Assembly (NCBI GenBank): GCA_951406725.2
Contig: OX597832.1
Span: 63,798,001 to 63,862,000, forward strand
Length of the DNA stretch: 64,000 nt
Direction of reading: 5' to 3'
Origin: Octopus vulgaris
Taxonomy: Eukaryota
Below are positions 27,327 through 41,711 of this stretch, one piece after another (position 1 is the first letter of the stretch; every line of letters starts with the position of its first letter). The notes under the pieces are model-generated. The model made no database searches. It was not told where the DNA came from and saw nothing but the letters and a program-made list of their open reading frames with translations. The position numbers and the translations under genes are program-made.

Positions 27327-28499
27327 CAGAGTATGGACGGTGTATGAGGACAGATTTATGGTTTAAAAAACGATTACATTATAATAGTAAAAAAGAAACC
27401 TATTTTTTAATAAAAATAACATAAAGTTAAATCAATGTAATAATTTCATTCAATAAGACCATTCATAAGCAACAATAACTGCCTCTACGCAGGGTCGAAA
27501 TCATTTACAAGTTCGGATTAAGTGGTCCTTGTCCATATCGGACATGACTCGAACTATGGCGGCTTTCAAAGAATCTTTGGTGCTATGGGAGTGTTCATTG
27601 ATATTTTTGTCAACGATGCTCCATGTATAGTAGTCCAGTGGATTGAGATCTGGAGAATTAGGAGGCCAAATGTCGGGTGTGATGCGATCATGCAAATTAC
27701 CGGCTATCCATTTGAACCTTGAGTGGTGGTGCAGAATCTTGTTGAAAGACATGAGGCCTTCCATTGCATATACTGTAGATTCAAGGCTTAACAACTTTAT
27801 CCAGAACCTCAATATACGCAGCAGCATTCACTATAAAGCCTTGTGGAAAAAAGTGAGAAACAACATCCAAAACCATGACACGTGCGGGAAATTTTGTGAG
27901 CATTACTCTTGGACCCTCAGAAGGGTCTGCACATAGCCATCTGTCATTTCTTCTGTTAGTTTTCTGGTCCTGCTCAAAGTTTTTCTCAAATGAGAAAAAT
28001 TAAGTCACACTATCTTCTGATGGATTTTTAAGTTTGTTCAAAAGTCTTTTGGATCTGATTAAACGGTTTTCTTTTTTTCTTTTCCTGACGTGAATTGACC
28101 TCTTCTCATTACGTGAGATTCGTATCTGATATCTTCATGCACAACATTTCCGATCGTTTTTTTCTGGCATGAAATGTTTTTGTAATTAACCTCATTGATT
28201 TTCCTGGATTGTTTTGCTTGACTTACTGAATAAATTCAGGTGTCCTAATAGAATCAGAGCATTTGGAATGCTTTTTACTCATACCGAATCTTGTGCATAA
28301 AATATCTTGGAACTTTCAGAAAACGAGAAATTTCTAAATCACCATGCTTAGCCTTCAAAGCCACAATCACAGCATGCCTCTCAATTTCATTAGTAAGCAA
28401 AGGGCCAATCATTGTTATTTTCTGAAATAGAAGTTCAATAAAAATCAAATAAAATAATGATTAAAAATGCATGTGTCCTCAAATACCGTCCGCACCCTG
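27327..28499 (-). mobile_element. Tc1/mariner (DD37D/maT-like) transposon fossil with TA TSD, inserted into a family A SINE
   Basis: TIRs TA|CAGAGTATGGACGGTGTATGAGGACA and TGTCCTCAAATACCGTCCGCACCCTG|TA. Disrupted transposase from about 28412 (MIGPLLTNEIERHAVIVALK) including WPPNSPDLNPLDYYTWS. SINE halves at about 27095-27320 and 28502-28660. Confidence 0.88.
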
Positions 28500-29797
28500 T
28501 ATATATGATGGGTTTCAGCAGTTTCTGTCTGCCAAATACACTTACAAGAAAATGGGCAACCTGAAGCTATAGCAGAAGACATTTGGCCGAGGTGCAGCGT
28601 TGTGGAACTGAACCTGAAATCTTATGGTTGCAAAGCGATCTTCTTAATCACTCAGCCATGACTGAAAATAAGTACAAGAAGAAGCTGATGGTCACAAATC
28701 CAGAAAGGACGCGGTTAACTAAGAAATTATAATTGTAAGCCATTAAGAGAACTGTGGAAATATGCAAAACACTTTAGAAATTTAGCCAGCAGTAAGCACC
28801 TATGCGCAGGTATAAACATGAAAACATATATGTACACACCATTTGGTCTGGTCCCTCCTTTTGTTTCAACGAATGAGGATTTAGCAGGACACAGCTTAAA
28901 AAAAGGATCGTCATCCTATGGTCACCTGAAGGTAGGGTCAAAGCTGGAGAGTTTTAGTAACATAATCTACCTGTCCTCGTCACCTGTTTCTCCGTCAACA
29001 ATAGACTTGTGAAGAATGTGTGATGGTGTTGTGCTGGTGCTTTGGTTTACTGAACAACCTGCATGGTAACTGTTATTGTAGTTGGTATGGTTTCTGCAGA
29101 GTCAGTCCCACTCTGTCTTCGTTCAAACCTAGAATGGTCTGGTGCAAAAAATGTCAAGAGACCAGTAGTTACCAGAATGCAAAATTTGTAAGGAGTTACC
29201 TTCTCTTAGATGGGCAGCTAAAGAACTGAAGAGCCACGTCTACCCTGGGTCCTCTGGACAGTGATCTTCTTCTGGAGTAATTCCATGACATGCTAATTGA
29301 CCCATAGTTGGGATCTCGACAGGAACTACTATTTCTGGTCAGAATAAAAGTGACTCAGAGGTGGTTCCATATTCCTCGAAATCCTGGAACTCCCGAACAA
29401 GGGATCCACTACAAGATGCAGTTTAAAGTCCTCCTCACAACAAATATGCACCCATACGTACATCAAAACATAGGTTCATTGTGTCAATGACATGCTTATT
29501 AATATATGCTTATTTAGTTCCGGTAGTTTAAATTCTCATGAAAGAGCTTTCTTTCTAGGTTTGAAACTGGCTTCTGCCTTTTCCTCTATTGATGAAACAT
29601 AAAATAAGAGTAGAACAACATTTATATCCAAACATGACTGTCTCACCAAATATAAACACAATAGAGCCGGCAAAGTCGTCTGGAACAGATCAGTAGACAG
29701 AGAAGCTGTTTAGTAATAGAAACCAGATGTTCAACTGACTTGAACGTCTCATTCAGAATTTGTTGGAAGAAGGGCAGTTATGGACAGTTACATTCGG

Positions 29798-29857
<60 letters not shown>

Positions 29858-30370
29858 AACAAAATTTAATAAAACGCCGCGTTGCAGTAAAATTTAATAT
29901 TTCTCATTCTCTCTCTCCGTTGCCATATTGATTAGTTATGCTTCAGACTTAATATTTTTCGAGAACAACGCCAATATCTGATTCTAAATTAATTTTGTTT
30001 CGTTACAAAATTTCTAAACCAATACATGTACAGACGATACGTTGTTTTATTTATTTATAAGTTAAAATATGGTCAGTCAAACAAGAAATTTAAATTTCAC
30101 CAGTTTAACGATTTATATACAACAATATAATCTATACAATTAAAATTATATTAACAGTTTTGTAAATGATATATTTTTGTATTTGAGTGACAAAACCTTT
30201 TCAAGCAAATTTGATAGTAGTTTCAAATTTTGGCACAAGGCCAGCAGTTTCAGAGAGATTAAGTCGACCCCTAGTGTTTAACGAGTACGTATTTTATAGA
30301 TCCTGAAAGGATCAACCTTGGAAGAATTTGAACTCGGAACGTAAAGACAGACGAAACACCATTAAGCATT

Positions 30371-30466
30371 TTGCCAGCTCGCCGCCTTAACGAAGCAAAT
30401 TTGCCAGCTCGCCGCCTTAACGAAGCAAATTTGCCAGCTCGCCGCCTTAACGAAGCAAATTTGCCA
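30371..30466. repeat. Perfect 30-bp tandem repeat x3 at the 5' end of a minus-strand family B SINE
   Basis: TTGCCAGCTCGCCGCCTTAACGAAGCAAAT x3. Confidence 0.95.
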
Positions 30467-31141
30467 AAAAAAGTTGCAGAAGAACCAATGACAGGGACAC
30501 TTTCTATGTAAAGTGTCTTAAAGTCGCCCAACCGCTATGGAGTGGAAGTCATTGTTAGGTTCTTAGAGCCCAGACAGGTTAGCATGCACGCACGCGCGCA
30601 CACAATATGCATGGGAGGATACTTTTGAAAGGAAATCTCGTGGCAATCATAACTGGCCGATAGGAAGATGCCATCTTTAAGATGCTGGAGGCAAAACTCA
30701 TCAACTCCGGGATGAGACTCTTCAGAAAAGAACCCGATCGTCTTTCTGAGATTGTGATATTGTGGGATACAAACTCTGTATTAAGTAACTTGGGGATTCA
30801 GACCGATGCAGAACAATCATGCAGAGGGATGTTTTCCTCTTAATTGTCCAAAGGGCTCTACGAAAGCCAGTCAAGTTAATCCTATTTCTACTCACGTTTG
30901 TCGTAATGAAGCCAGCTTTGCTGAATGCTTAAGAAGTTTGATTTGCAATCACAAAGTCTCAAGTTCGATCCCATTACGTAGCATCTTGCCATGTGTCTTT
31001 CACCTTAGCCTTAAGACGACCCAAACCTTATGAGTGAAGAGTAAGATGTTGAACAGAAATCCATTGGATGGATTGTATCTGTATTTCATGGGTCCAGTCT
31101 GGTCTCTGTTTTGTCTCTCTGTCTGTCTTTCTTTCCTTCCT

Positions 31142-31172
<31 letters not shown>

Positions 31173-31576
31173 CTCACACGCACGCACTGTATCACCCTGA
31201 CTCTACCTTGAAGCTTACATTAAGCATACCCGTGGCTGTGGAATACTCAACCGCTTACATATTCAATGAACGGGTACTTCAGTTGATCGAACAGCTGAAT
31301 TAGTCATCGTCGAGACCGACTGAGATCTATTCACAGAGTCTGCTCGTTGCACATATAAATATAAGATATATCTTGTAATACATTTCAAGTTGTCCATATC
31401 CGGTGTTTAGTGCGTTGGCAATAAAACTGATAGAATACGTCTCGCCAGCATCGTAATATTTAATGAAAATCAGATTGAGCTTGACAATCCACTTGAATGG
31501 TTATTCATAAGCAACACTATATGTCTTTATAGTATGCGACTAAGAAAAGCACCTCTGTGCCGAAGAAGTTGATGTT

Positions 31577-32379
31577 AAAGGTGGCGAGCTGGCAGAAACG
31601 CTAGCATGCCGGGCGAAATGCTTAGCGGTATTTCGTCTGCCGCTACGTTCTGAATTCAAATTCCGCCGAGGTCGACTTTGCTTTTCATCCTTTCGAGGTT
31701 GATTAAACAAGTACCAGTTACGCACTGGGGTCGATGTAATCGACTTAATCCGTCTGTCTGTCCTTGTTTGTCTCCTCTGTGTTTAGCTCCTCGTGGGTAG
31801 TAAAGAAATAGGTATTTCGTCTGTTTTTACGTTTAGAGTTCAAATTCCACCGAGGCCGACTTTGCTTTTCATCCTTTCGGGGTCGGTTAAATAAGTACCA
31901 GTTACGCACTGGGGTCGATGTAATCGACTTAATCCCTTTGTCTGTCCTTGTTTGTCCCCTCCATGTTTAGCCCCTTGTGGGCAATAAAGAAATAAGGAAC
32001 GTTAGCACGCCGGGCGAAATGCTTAGCGGTATTTCGTCTGCGTTACGTTGTGAGTTCAAATTCCGCCGAGGTCGACTTTGCCTTTCATCCTTTCGGGGTC
32101 GATAAATTAAGTACCAGTTACGCACTGGGGTCGATGTAATCGACTTAATACCTATGTCTGTCCTTGTTTGTCCCCTCTGTGTTTAGCCCCTTGTGGGTAA
32201 TAAAGAAATAGGTATATCGTCTGTTTTTACGTTCTGAGTTCAAATTCCGCCGAGGTCGACTTTGCCTTTCATCCTTTCGGGGTCGATAAATTAAGTACCA
32301 GTTGCGTATTGTGGTTCGATCTAATCGACTGGCCTCCCTCCCACAAAATTTCGGGCCTTGTGCCTAGAGTAGAGAAGAA
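31577..32379 (+). mobile_element. SINE family B, four-unit tandem array
   Basis: Same units as 11796-12408. Confidence 0.9.
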
Positions 32380-33067
32380 TATGCGACTAAGAAACAAATC
32401 TCAGTAGCGAGGAAGTTGATGTTATAAAAAGAGCGTTCGACTTATCAGAAGAATTTGCAGCGTTTAAGACTGCAATAAAAGAATATGAGAGATTTGATGA
32501 AAAGTGGCCACGTGATAGAATTATTAGCGCGTCGGACAAAACGCTTAGCGCTATTTCTTCCGGCTCTTTACGTTCTGAGTTGAACTCCCTCCTTTCGGAG
32601 TCGATAAAATAAAGTACCAGTCAAATACTGGGGTCGATATAAGTAACTTGCCCCTCTCCTCAAAACTCAAATCCTGCAACAAACCGTGAGGAATGGTGTG
32701 ATTTGGGCTCCTTATACGCTAAATAACACCGGTAACAGATCTTATTAATTCTTGGGCTCGAGAAAAATAATTGAAGGAAAAAATTGGCCCTTAGACTAAG
32801 GCATTGAGAAAGGAAAATGAATCGAGATTCCAGAAAATCGTGCGGTTGATTTCAAGCAGTTTATAAGAATTAACGACATTATTTCTCAGCTGGAGACCAA
32901 ACTCGGGCGTAAACGAGTTCTCTGGAGACGGCAAGTATTAGGGAGGTTATTTAACAGGATTTCAGGTCTGTGGAAAATGAAGTAACCGTTATTTTTTCTT
33001 GCAAACTCAGGAATTTGAAATAGAAATTAAAATCGAGGCTTTGCTTCACTCACTCTCGAAGAGAAGC

Positions 33068-33130
<63 letters not shown>

Positions 33131-33131
33131 C

Positions 33132-33533
33132 ATTCTTTCTTTCTGCTATAGGCAAAAGGCCTGAAATTTGGGGGGAGGTGTTAAGTCGATTACATTGACC
33201 TTAGTACTCAACTAGCACTTAATCTATGGACCCCGAAAGAATGAAAGGCTAAGTCGACCTCGGTGGAATTTGAACTCAGAATGTAACGACAGGCGAAATA
33301 CCTGTTTCTTTACTACTCACAAGGGGCTAAACACAAAGAGGACAAACAAGGACAGACAAACGGATTAAGTCGATTATATCGATCCCAATGCATAACTGGT
33401 ACTTATTTAATCGACCTCGAAAGGATGAAAGGCAAAGTCGACCTCGGCGGAATTTGAACTCAGAACGTAGTGACAGGCGAAATATCGCTAAGCATTTCGT
33501 CCGGCGCGCTAACGATTCTGCTTGCTCGCTGCC

Positions 33534-33534
<1 letters not shown>
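33132..33534 (-). mobile_element. SINE family B, two-unit array between (TAA)n tracts
   Basis: Reverse complement of family B units. Confidence 0.85.
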
Positions 33535-33570
<36 letters not shown>

Positions 33571-35151
33571 TAATAATAATAATAATAATAATTATAAAGT
33601 TTTCAAATTTTGGTGAAGGGATCGTTTGTTACATCGACCACCAGTGCTCAACTGGTACTTATTTTATCAACTCCAAAAAGATGAGAGACAAAGTCGACCT
33701 CGGTGGATTTTCAAGTTAGAACGTAACCGGAAGTGGTGCCGCTAAGCAGTTTGTCTCACGTGTTAACGATTCTGTTAGTTCACCGCCTTACGAACCGGAA
33801 ATAATGATAATAAGGTTGGCAAACAGGAAGCAAAAAGCAGATTTTCTCAAACAGGGAGAAAACCTGAAGGGGGAAATGTGGTTTTAAACGAAGAAATACG
33901 GATATTATCAGAAAGGTTCGGATCAGAAAAAATAGAAACAAAAAACAAAACAAAAAACAAACAAAAAACAAAACAAAACAAAAAGGGTCGGGGGTGGGGA
34001 AATACAAACTTTTTCTAGCGGCCACAATCGCAGATCGTAAATCACAGGGTGTAGAAAATGAGATAGTATTTAGTTAATTAATTTCCTCAATATCAACAAC
34101 TGTTCTTATCTCATGATTAGCTTTACACGGAGATTGAAAAGCTCATAAAATATGAATTATCTACTTTAACAGCAGAAATCTGCCAATTTGCCAAAACATG
34201 AAAAAATATTTATCTCGGTTCAAGACATGAATCAATATGAAAGATATACATCATCAGAAACTGACATCAGCCCCGAGAATGGAGGGAATGTGAGCTGAAT
34301 AGATATACGGTTATTTATACGAACAGGAAGAACAAGAATGGACTAGGTGTGGTGTGTGTGTGTGTGTGTGTGGATAGACATTTTTTTTTATCGTGTAGTG
34401 AGAGAAAACATAACAGCTGCGAATGGCGAGTTTGAATGTCTCATAATAGAAATACAGGTAGAGAGAAAATAGGAAGGAACGAAATGTAATTGTCAGTCGT
34501 ATACAAAGAGCACCTGGATCAAATAATAAAATACTTGAAGAATGGAGGAAAAGAATGCTTGCGAAGACACTGCTGACGGTCTTCTTACGCACACACACAC
34601 ACAAAATGATGCGATACACGTTATGTTTGTTATTTGTGTTTCGGCTACGTGTTATCCCATAATGAACAGAGACGAACATAAGTGAATATATTAATATTTA
34701 TTGTAGATATTCATATGAATTTTTTTATGACAGCTGATAGAGATTTAGGAGATTAAGAGTCGAACATCAGTGTAACGAACGTCCTTAGCAATGGTTAGTA
34801 AGGCTCGAGAAACAAGCAGAAAGGAGTTGGTTTCTCAACCTTTATTCTCCTGGCTGAAATTCAGGAAAACTGGACGTTGTTTCTGCTATTCTCGGCCGCG
34901 TTCTGGCTTTCTTATGCCGAGAGGTGATAATGTACGCTTTCTGGTGGCTTCCTCAATCTCTGTAGTTGTTCTTAGCGGGTTTTCATTTTGATATACTGAA
35001 AAGCGCGGGAACCTTAAGGACATTGTAGATCGTGTTCATGATATGGCATGGTGTCGCCGCTAACCGAGTGATTGATAGTTAGGACAGATCGCATGTCATG
35101 AGAGCGATCTGCGCATTGTACGGGCCTCGCAACTGGAAATATGAAGCTCGA

Positions 35152-35220
<69 letters not shown>

Positions 35221-35221
35221 T

Positions 35222-35553
35222 TCGTTTCAGTCATTTGACTGCGGCCATGCTGGACCACTGCCTTTAGTCGAACAAATCGACCCCAGGACTTATTCTTTGT
35301 ACGCCTTATTCTATCATTCTCCTTTGCCGAACCGCTAAGTTACGGGCATGTAGACACGCCAACATCCGTTGTCAAGCGATGATGGGGTGGGGAGACAAGG
35401 ACAAACATATATACACGATAGGCTTCTTTCAGTTTCCGTCTACCAAATCCACTTACAAGGCTTTGGTCGGCCCGAGGCGATAATAGAAGACACTTGCCCA
35501 AGGTGCTACGCAGTTGGACTGAACCCGGAACCATGTGGTTGGTAAGCAAGCTA
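35222..35553 (-). mobile_element. SINE family A copy
   Basis: Family A motifs. Confidence 0.85.
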
Positions 35554-36090
35554 CAGCGAGAGCGGTAGTGGGGGCAATGTAATACTTGTACATACTTATT
35601 AAATGAAAATGTCTCTAAAATCGACTTGACCAGCAGAATCACATTGCCTCGTGCTTACTCCAACTAAGAATCTATACCTGAACGGTATGGAAGACTTTAA
35701 GTATATACTCAGAAACAGTATGGAAGACTATTATTGATAATATATTTGCAAACAGTATGGAAGGACAGGAAGGATAATTGATAATATATTCACAAACAAT
35801 ATGGAAGACAGTACAATAAATGGTATATTATTGAATGCTACAAGTCAGTGTTTCTCAATGTGGGTCCCATAAAACGTAAGTTGTGTCTAAAATTTTAGTT
35901 TCTAAAAAGAATAGTATTCACCATTTGTAAAATAAGTTATAGTTTTAAAAAATATTTTTTAATGAATGAATTCTCTCCGAAACACATAAATGACAATTTT
36001 GTTTGATACAACCTCGATAGCGTATACCGGATTTTTATCTAACCGGACAGCATATTCGCAACATCGAATAATGTTTTATTCTGTTTCATT

Positions 36091-37230
36091 TATTGGAGGC
36101 GACGAATCCTCGTCCGGCCACGTGACTGGCTGCGACTATTCGCCATTAAAAGGGTCCCAAAAAGCCGAAATACATCTTGCGTTCGCGCTGGCTGCTGCTG
36201 TGACGAACAGTGTTTCAATAAGATAAGTTACCGCACTACAAATCCCGTAGTAACTGGACTATCAACAGTATTTATACATTATATATGCTAGATAGATAAA
36301 TGGCTATTTTAAATTGTTTTTGTTTCATTTTATTGAAGTGGTGTGAATGGTCCTAAAAATATAGGTATGTGCTCTGAAAATGTTGGAAAATCGTTTGAGG
36401 GTTCCGCAACCGAATAAGCTTGAAAGCTACTCATTCAAAGGATCATCTGCTACTTTTTGTGGTGTGTGGTTGTGATTACAAGAGACTAAACGATGCCAGT
36501 GACTAAAAGTATAAAGAAATGAAAACAGAGTAAGTTCACGAGAACTTCAAAAATGAAATACTAAAGAAAATTAGAGAATATTGTACTCTGAAGTAATTAC
36601 TAACAAAGTGTGGGAAACATTTCTGGAAATATGTAAATCGTTGTACGGCAAAAATTAATGAAACTACAACAGAAATCGAAAATATACAGAGTAGTTCGTG
36701 TATCGGAAAAGGATTACGAAATAGTCGCAAAAATAATCTTTATGTTTTGCAAACAACTTGCACATATAAGTGTTACCAGTCGAGAGCTTCGCATACCGGA
36801 AGCCAGCAAGTGTATGGGAGAGAATGCGCGCCGTTTTGGGGCCTACCTCTCGACAGCATCAATGCGCACCTCCCCCCACTGATATGAGGTGAGGGCGGTG
36901 CTTGCTAGATCAACTGATTATCAAATAAAGCTCAATATACTTCTAGCCATCGCTCATCGTCTCTTTTTAACCAAATCCAGTGGCTAACCTTTTCCACCGC
37001 AGTTTAGATATCGGTCATGGTGGTATTGACTTCACGATGAGTTAGGCCAAACGATAACAATAGTTGTCTCACACTGTATCCAACAAGCTCCCTACATCCG
37101 ACTTAGATTGAAAAATGCTCCGCTTTCCAGCCTACGTCTTTACATTCCTCGAGGAATGCATTTCGGCCTTTGGGGGCCCTTTTAATGGCGAATAGTCACG
37201 TGGCCGGACGAGAATTCGTCGCCTCCAATA
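36091..37230. repeat. Inverted pair of ~80-bp GC-rich repeats (36091-36180 / 37155-37230); possible TIR element with TA TSD
   Basis: TATTGGAGGCGACGAATCCTCGTCCGGCCACGTGAC... and ...GTCACGTGGCCGGACGAGAATTCGTCGCCTCCAATA. Confidence 0.6.
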
Positions 37231-39059
37231 TAATCTCTATTATATAGCAAATTCATAAAGCATAGAAGCAGAAGTAGAAAATAAATATATAAATCATAAA
37301 AATATCTTAATAATTTGAGAATATGAAAGAAGGAAATGCTATAAATTATGAGAATAATAAAAATGTTGACGAAATGGCTCCTGAAGCACAAATTATCTTC
37401 AGTATTTTGTTAATAGTAATAAGACTAGAATTAAAATGATCTGGTCGATGATTTTTATTTATTCTTTATTCTTTGTATGTGTGAGACCAAAATTAAAAAA
37501 AGAAAAATATCGATGACTCTGATGCGACGGAAACTGGGATCCATGAGGATTGTGAGAATTAGCTAACCGAGTTCAATGTCTCTTATAGCAGTAAATCTGA
37601 GCATCGTTGCTAAAACGTAAGAACTAAAATTCTACTGATTGGAATTAAATTGCTCTGAAATAATAATCGAAGAAATCAACAGAAATCAATAACTCACGTC
37701 TGGGAATTGTCTTTTCAAAATGATGCATTTTCCAATCAAAAGGAAAATGACAAGTTCGAACAATATATAGCACTGGAGATAAATATCATTTTACGAATAG
37801 CTTGTTTCTTTACTTTGTCAGTTCTTCAAGATATTGGAAAAACGATAAACACCATTTTACGTTTCCAGTTCTCCAAGATATTGGAAAAGATAACTTTGGG
37901 AAGCAGAAATTAGTGACTGACAGTTAGTATGGATTCAGAGCGAATAGACCAAACTCTCTTGTCTCTAATTATTGAATTAATTGAAGACATTACTGTTTGA
38001 ATAGGCAACGTTTGCAGTGGAAATATTTGTACATCTAAAGAAAACGTTTGATTCCATTGATCACCAATACATTGCGATAAACTGGGAAGGGGTGACGTCA
38101 GAGACTCGATTGAAAAGCTCTTTAAGAAGCAGGCAACAGCTTGAAGAAAAAAAAAGGTGAGCACAAGGAACATGGAAAAAGGATGGGACATGGAGATGGT
38201 TGTTGGAGGAGAGGAGTGTTGAAAGTTGATTAAAAACTAAAAAATAGTAATAAATAAAAGGACAGTAACTATGAAATACCAGGTGGACCAAATGTCACTA
38301 AATATAACAATTCAGTTGGTACAACTGGGGAATCTGTTCGACTATGGCGAAAGATCATAATATGCAGCAAGACCTCGTTGCTTTTGGTCCACCCTGTATG
38401 TCGAACGGGTTTAACCTTTTAGGGTTGTTGATATTTAATCAACGTGTTTGTCCAGGTCACTTGAACCGGAAAAAACAGAAATTTGAAAATTTATTATTTT
38501 TGATAGAGAAATGCTGAATTTTAAAAATGGTTTGGCAATCTGAATTGCTTTATGAAGATATTCGTCTCTTCGCAAACTTCCGGGAAAGTATTGACGATCC
38601 TCGTGTTTTAAAAAGCTAAAGTGTGGAAGACTGTGATACATTTAAAGTATGGTAACATTTGATATATTTAAAATATCAGAAACTGTGGTATATTTAAAAT
38701 ATGGAAGATTGTAATGTATTTACAGTAGGGAAGAATGTAATATATGTAAATGGTGGAAGATTTATTTAATTATGGAAAATATATTTCAGACCACGTGAAG
38801 CTGCATTATACGAGGCTAATATGTTTAAACTATTGCAGAGTTACATAATCAAAATATGGAAGACTGTAACATCTTCAAAGAATCGGAGACTGAATATAAG
38901 TATGGAAGACTAATATATTGAAAGCTTAGAAAAGTAACATACTTTCAAGTACCCTAATTAATGTTGACGAGTGCTACTCTGGCTCGAGAAGAATAGGGGA
39001 AAATAATAATAATAATGTCTTCTTTTGGATATTTATACTATTTAGAAATTGTTTAATAA

Positions 39060-39492
39060 TCCTTCGTTATTTTAGCACAGGGACAGTAATTTTGAGGGGT
39101 GGGGAAATCGATTATACCGACTCCAGTACTCGATTGATTCTTACGTTACCAACCCCGAAAGAATAAGAGGTAAAGTCGACCTCGGCGGGATTTGAACTCG
39201 GAACATAAAAAGTAGGAAGAAATACCGCTAAGCATTTTACCCGGCGTGCTAACGATTCTTGTTTCTTTATTGCCCACAAGGGGCTAAACATAGAGGGGAC
39301 AAACAAGGACAGACAAAGGTATTAACTCGATTACATCGACCCCAGTGCGTAACTGGTACTTAATTTATCGAGCCCGAAAGAATGAAAGGCAAAGTTGACC
39401 TCGGCGGAATTTGAACTCAGAACGTAACTTCAGACGAAATACGGCTACGCATTTTGCTCGGCGCGCCAACGTTTCTGCCAGCTCGCTGCCTT
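39060..39492 (-). mobile_element. SINE family B, two-unit array
   Basis: Reverse complement of family B units. Confidence 0.82.
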
Positions 39493-40125
39493 CAAAATTT
39501 TATAATAATTAAAATGATTTCTTGCAGATTTATTTAAAATGATAAAGAATGATGACGTCAAAAGAAGAAAGAAAAAGAAGGAAAGAACAACGAAATATAA
39601 CAAACTGTCACATCAATGTATCGAATGTAGTTGATACTAACTGAAATAGATTGTAAAGTGCAAAACTATTGATTGCAGTCCTGGCCATAATTAGCTAATT
39701 AATTGGCCGGAAATAAATACGTTTGGTATAAGGCTCTTATTAAGACAGAAGGGATTGGCGGGAAAATTTGTTTGTCTGCCTGTATATCTGTTTATTTGCA
39801 TTTAATTTGCACGTACACAAACGAATATATATATATATAAAAAAAAAACACACAGTATGGTTTTTCTATCAAACAATTCTCCATAAGAAATTCTGTGTAT
39901 GATTGGATAATTCAACGTAAAACGCCCCAGACGCCAAAAATAAAATACAACAAATTCTAGACTGTTAAATTACAGGGCATCGCATATTTGATCTGGCCAT
40001 GTCTTTTAAGACTGTCGCTACTGTATTCTAAGACACTTTTCCTTTAGCAGACTTTCGAGAGAATAAAAATCACGTAAATAGGTTTGTGATAAATATGGTG
40101 TTATCATACGACTTTTTTTTTCCGG

Positions 40126-40221
<96 letters not shown>

Positions 40222-41089
40222 AAGAGAATCTTGACGAAATCTCCTTCTAGCTGACCGAATGTTAAATGGCAGCAGTAATTTTTCCCTTTTTTCCACTACA
40301 TATATGTAATGTTTATACATTAACTTGACTGTGTGCGTATAATTAGGACTTCGCTTCGAGAGGAAGTCTAATTTTTTTGTGATAAACTCTCACACACACG
40401 AACTCACACACATACACATTTTGTGCGGACGCACATTGTGAGAGTGTATCTTTGATGCAGGTCTGAGGAAGAGGTATTCTAATGTTTAAAACTGTAAATA
40501 TTACGTAAATTTTCATCTTGAACTTTCGCAGAGTTGGTACAGAAACAGAGTGAGAGAAAGAGTACAGCGGGGTTCACCACCACATACCCCCGCTGGAGCC
40601 TCGTGGAACTTAGGTGTTTTTGCTCAATAAACATTCACAATGCCCGGTCTGGGAATCGAAACCGCGTTCTTACGACAGCGAGTCCGCTATCCTAACCACT
40701 GGGCCATTGCGCCTCCACACTGCTGAGGTTGTTCTGCGTTAATAACGACAACGACGAGGAGGAGGAGGAAAATAGTGAAAGTAGCAATGGACATGACGCT
40801 GATGACGATGACGGCATATCTTATAAAAATGGAAATATTTTATATGTATGTATAGCATCATGCATGAATTTATTTTTGCATGGCTTTGAAAAGATGCAGA
40901 TGCTGTTTATACTGTGTTGCTTTGTTTCATAATTAGCGCTTTGTTGAGAAGAATCGATAAAATAAGTATGAAGTTGATGTAAGAACTAGGATCAATATGA
41001 TTGATGAAACTCTTCAAGGCCGTGTCCCAGCGAAAGGAAAAAAACACCAAATGAACGACAAAAAAAAATGCTAATGCATATAGACGCTT

Positions 41090-41163
<74 letters not shown>

Positions 41164-41381
41164 GCGCAAGCATCTTCTGACCAGATAATGTGCATGTATG
41201 AGGCATCGTATTCATCATCATTACTGACGCTGACGTCATCAGCAGCAACTTCTCCATTGCCACTTCCACCATTGTCCTTTTCCCCCCTTCTCATTTTGAC
41301 GTACAACACTAGCAAACGCCGGTATTGGCTGTCCCCGTGAATGTATTGCGAATGTATTAAAACCCAAGCTGTGTGTGTATG

Positions 41382-41426
<45 letters not shown>

Positions 41427-41674
41427 CCTTTTCAAGCCTAGCCAAGTTCATGGGCCTGGTTTCCCGGTTTCTATGGCGTATGGGTTCCCCCCAGCTGGAC
41501 GGGACGCCAGTCCATCGCAGCGTTACTCAAGAAACAGGAAGAAAGTGAGAGAAAGTTGGGGCAAAAGAGTACAACAGGGGTCGCTACCCCCCCGTGCCGG
41601 AGCCTCGTCGAGCTTTAGGTGTTTTCGCTCAATAAACATAGCGCCACTGTCCTAACCACTGGGCCATTGTGCCT

Positions 41675-41711
<37 letters not shown>

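Noticed and set aside
28990-29260. Possible RTE 5' UTR / HDV-like ribozyme remnant on the minus strand
   Set aside because: Too degenerate to assign the P1-P4 pairings by eye
30371-30466. CRISPR-like 30-bp repeats
   Set aside because: Directly tandem with no spacers, eukaryotic context, no cas genes
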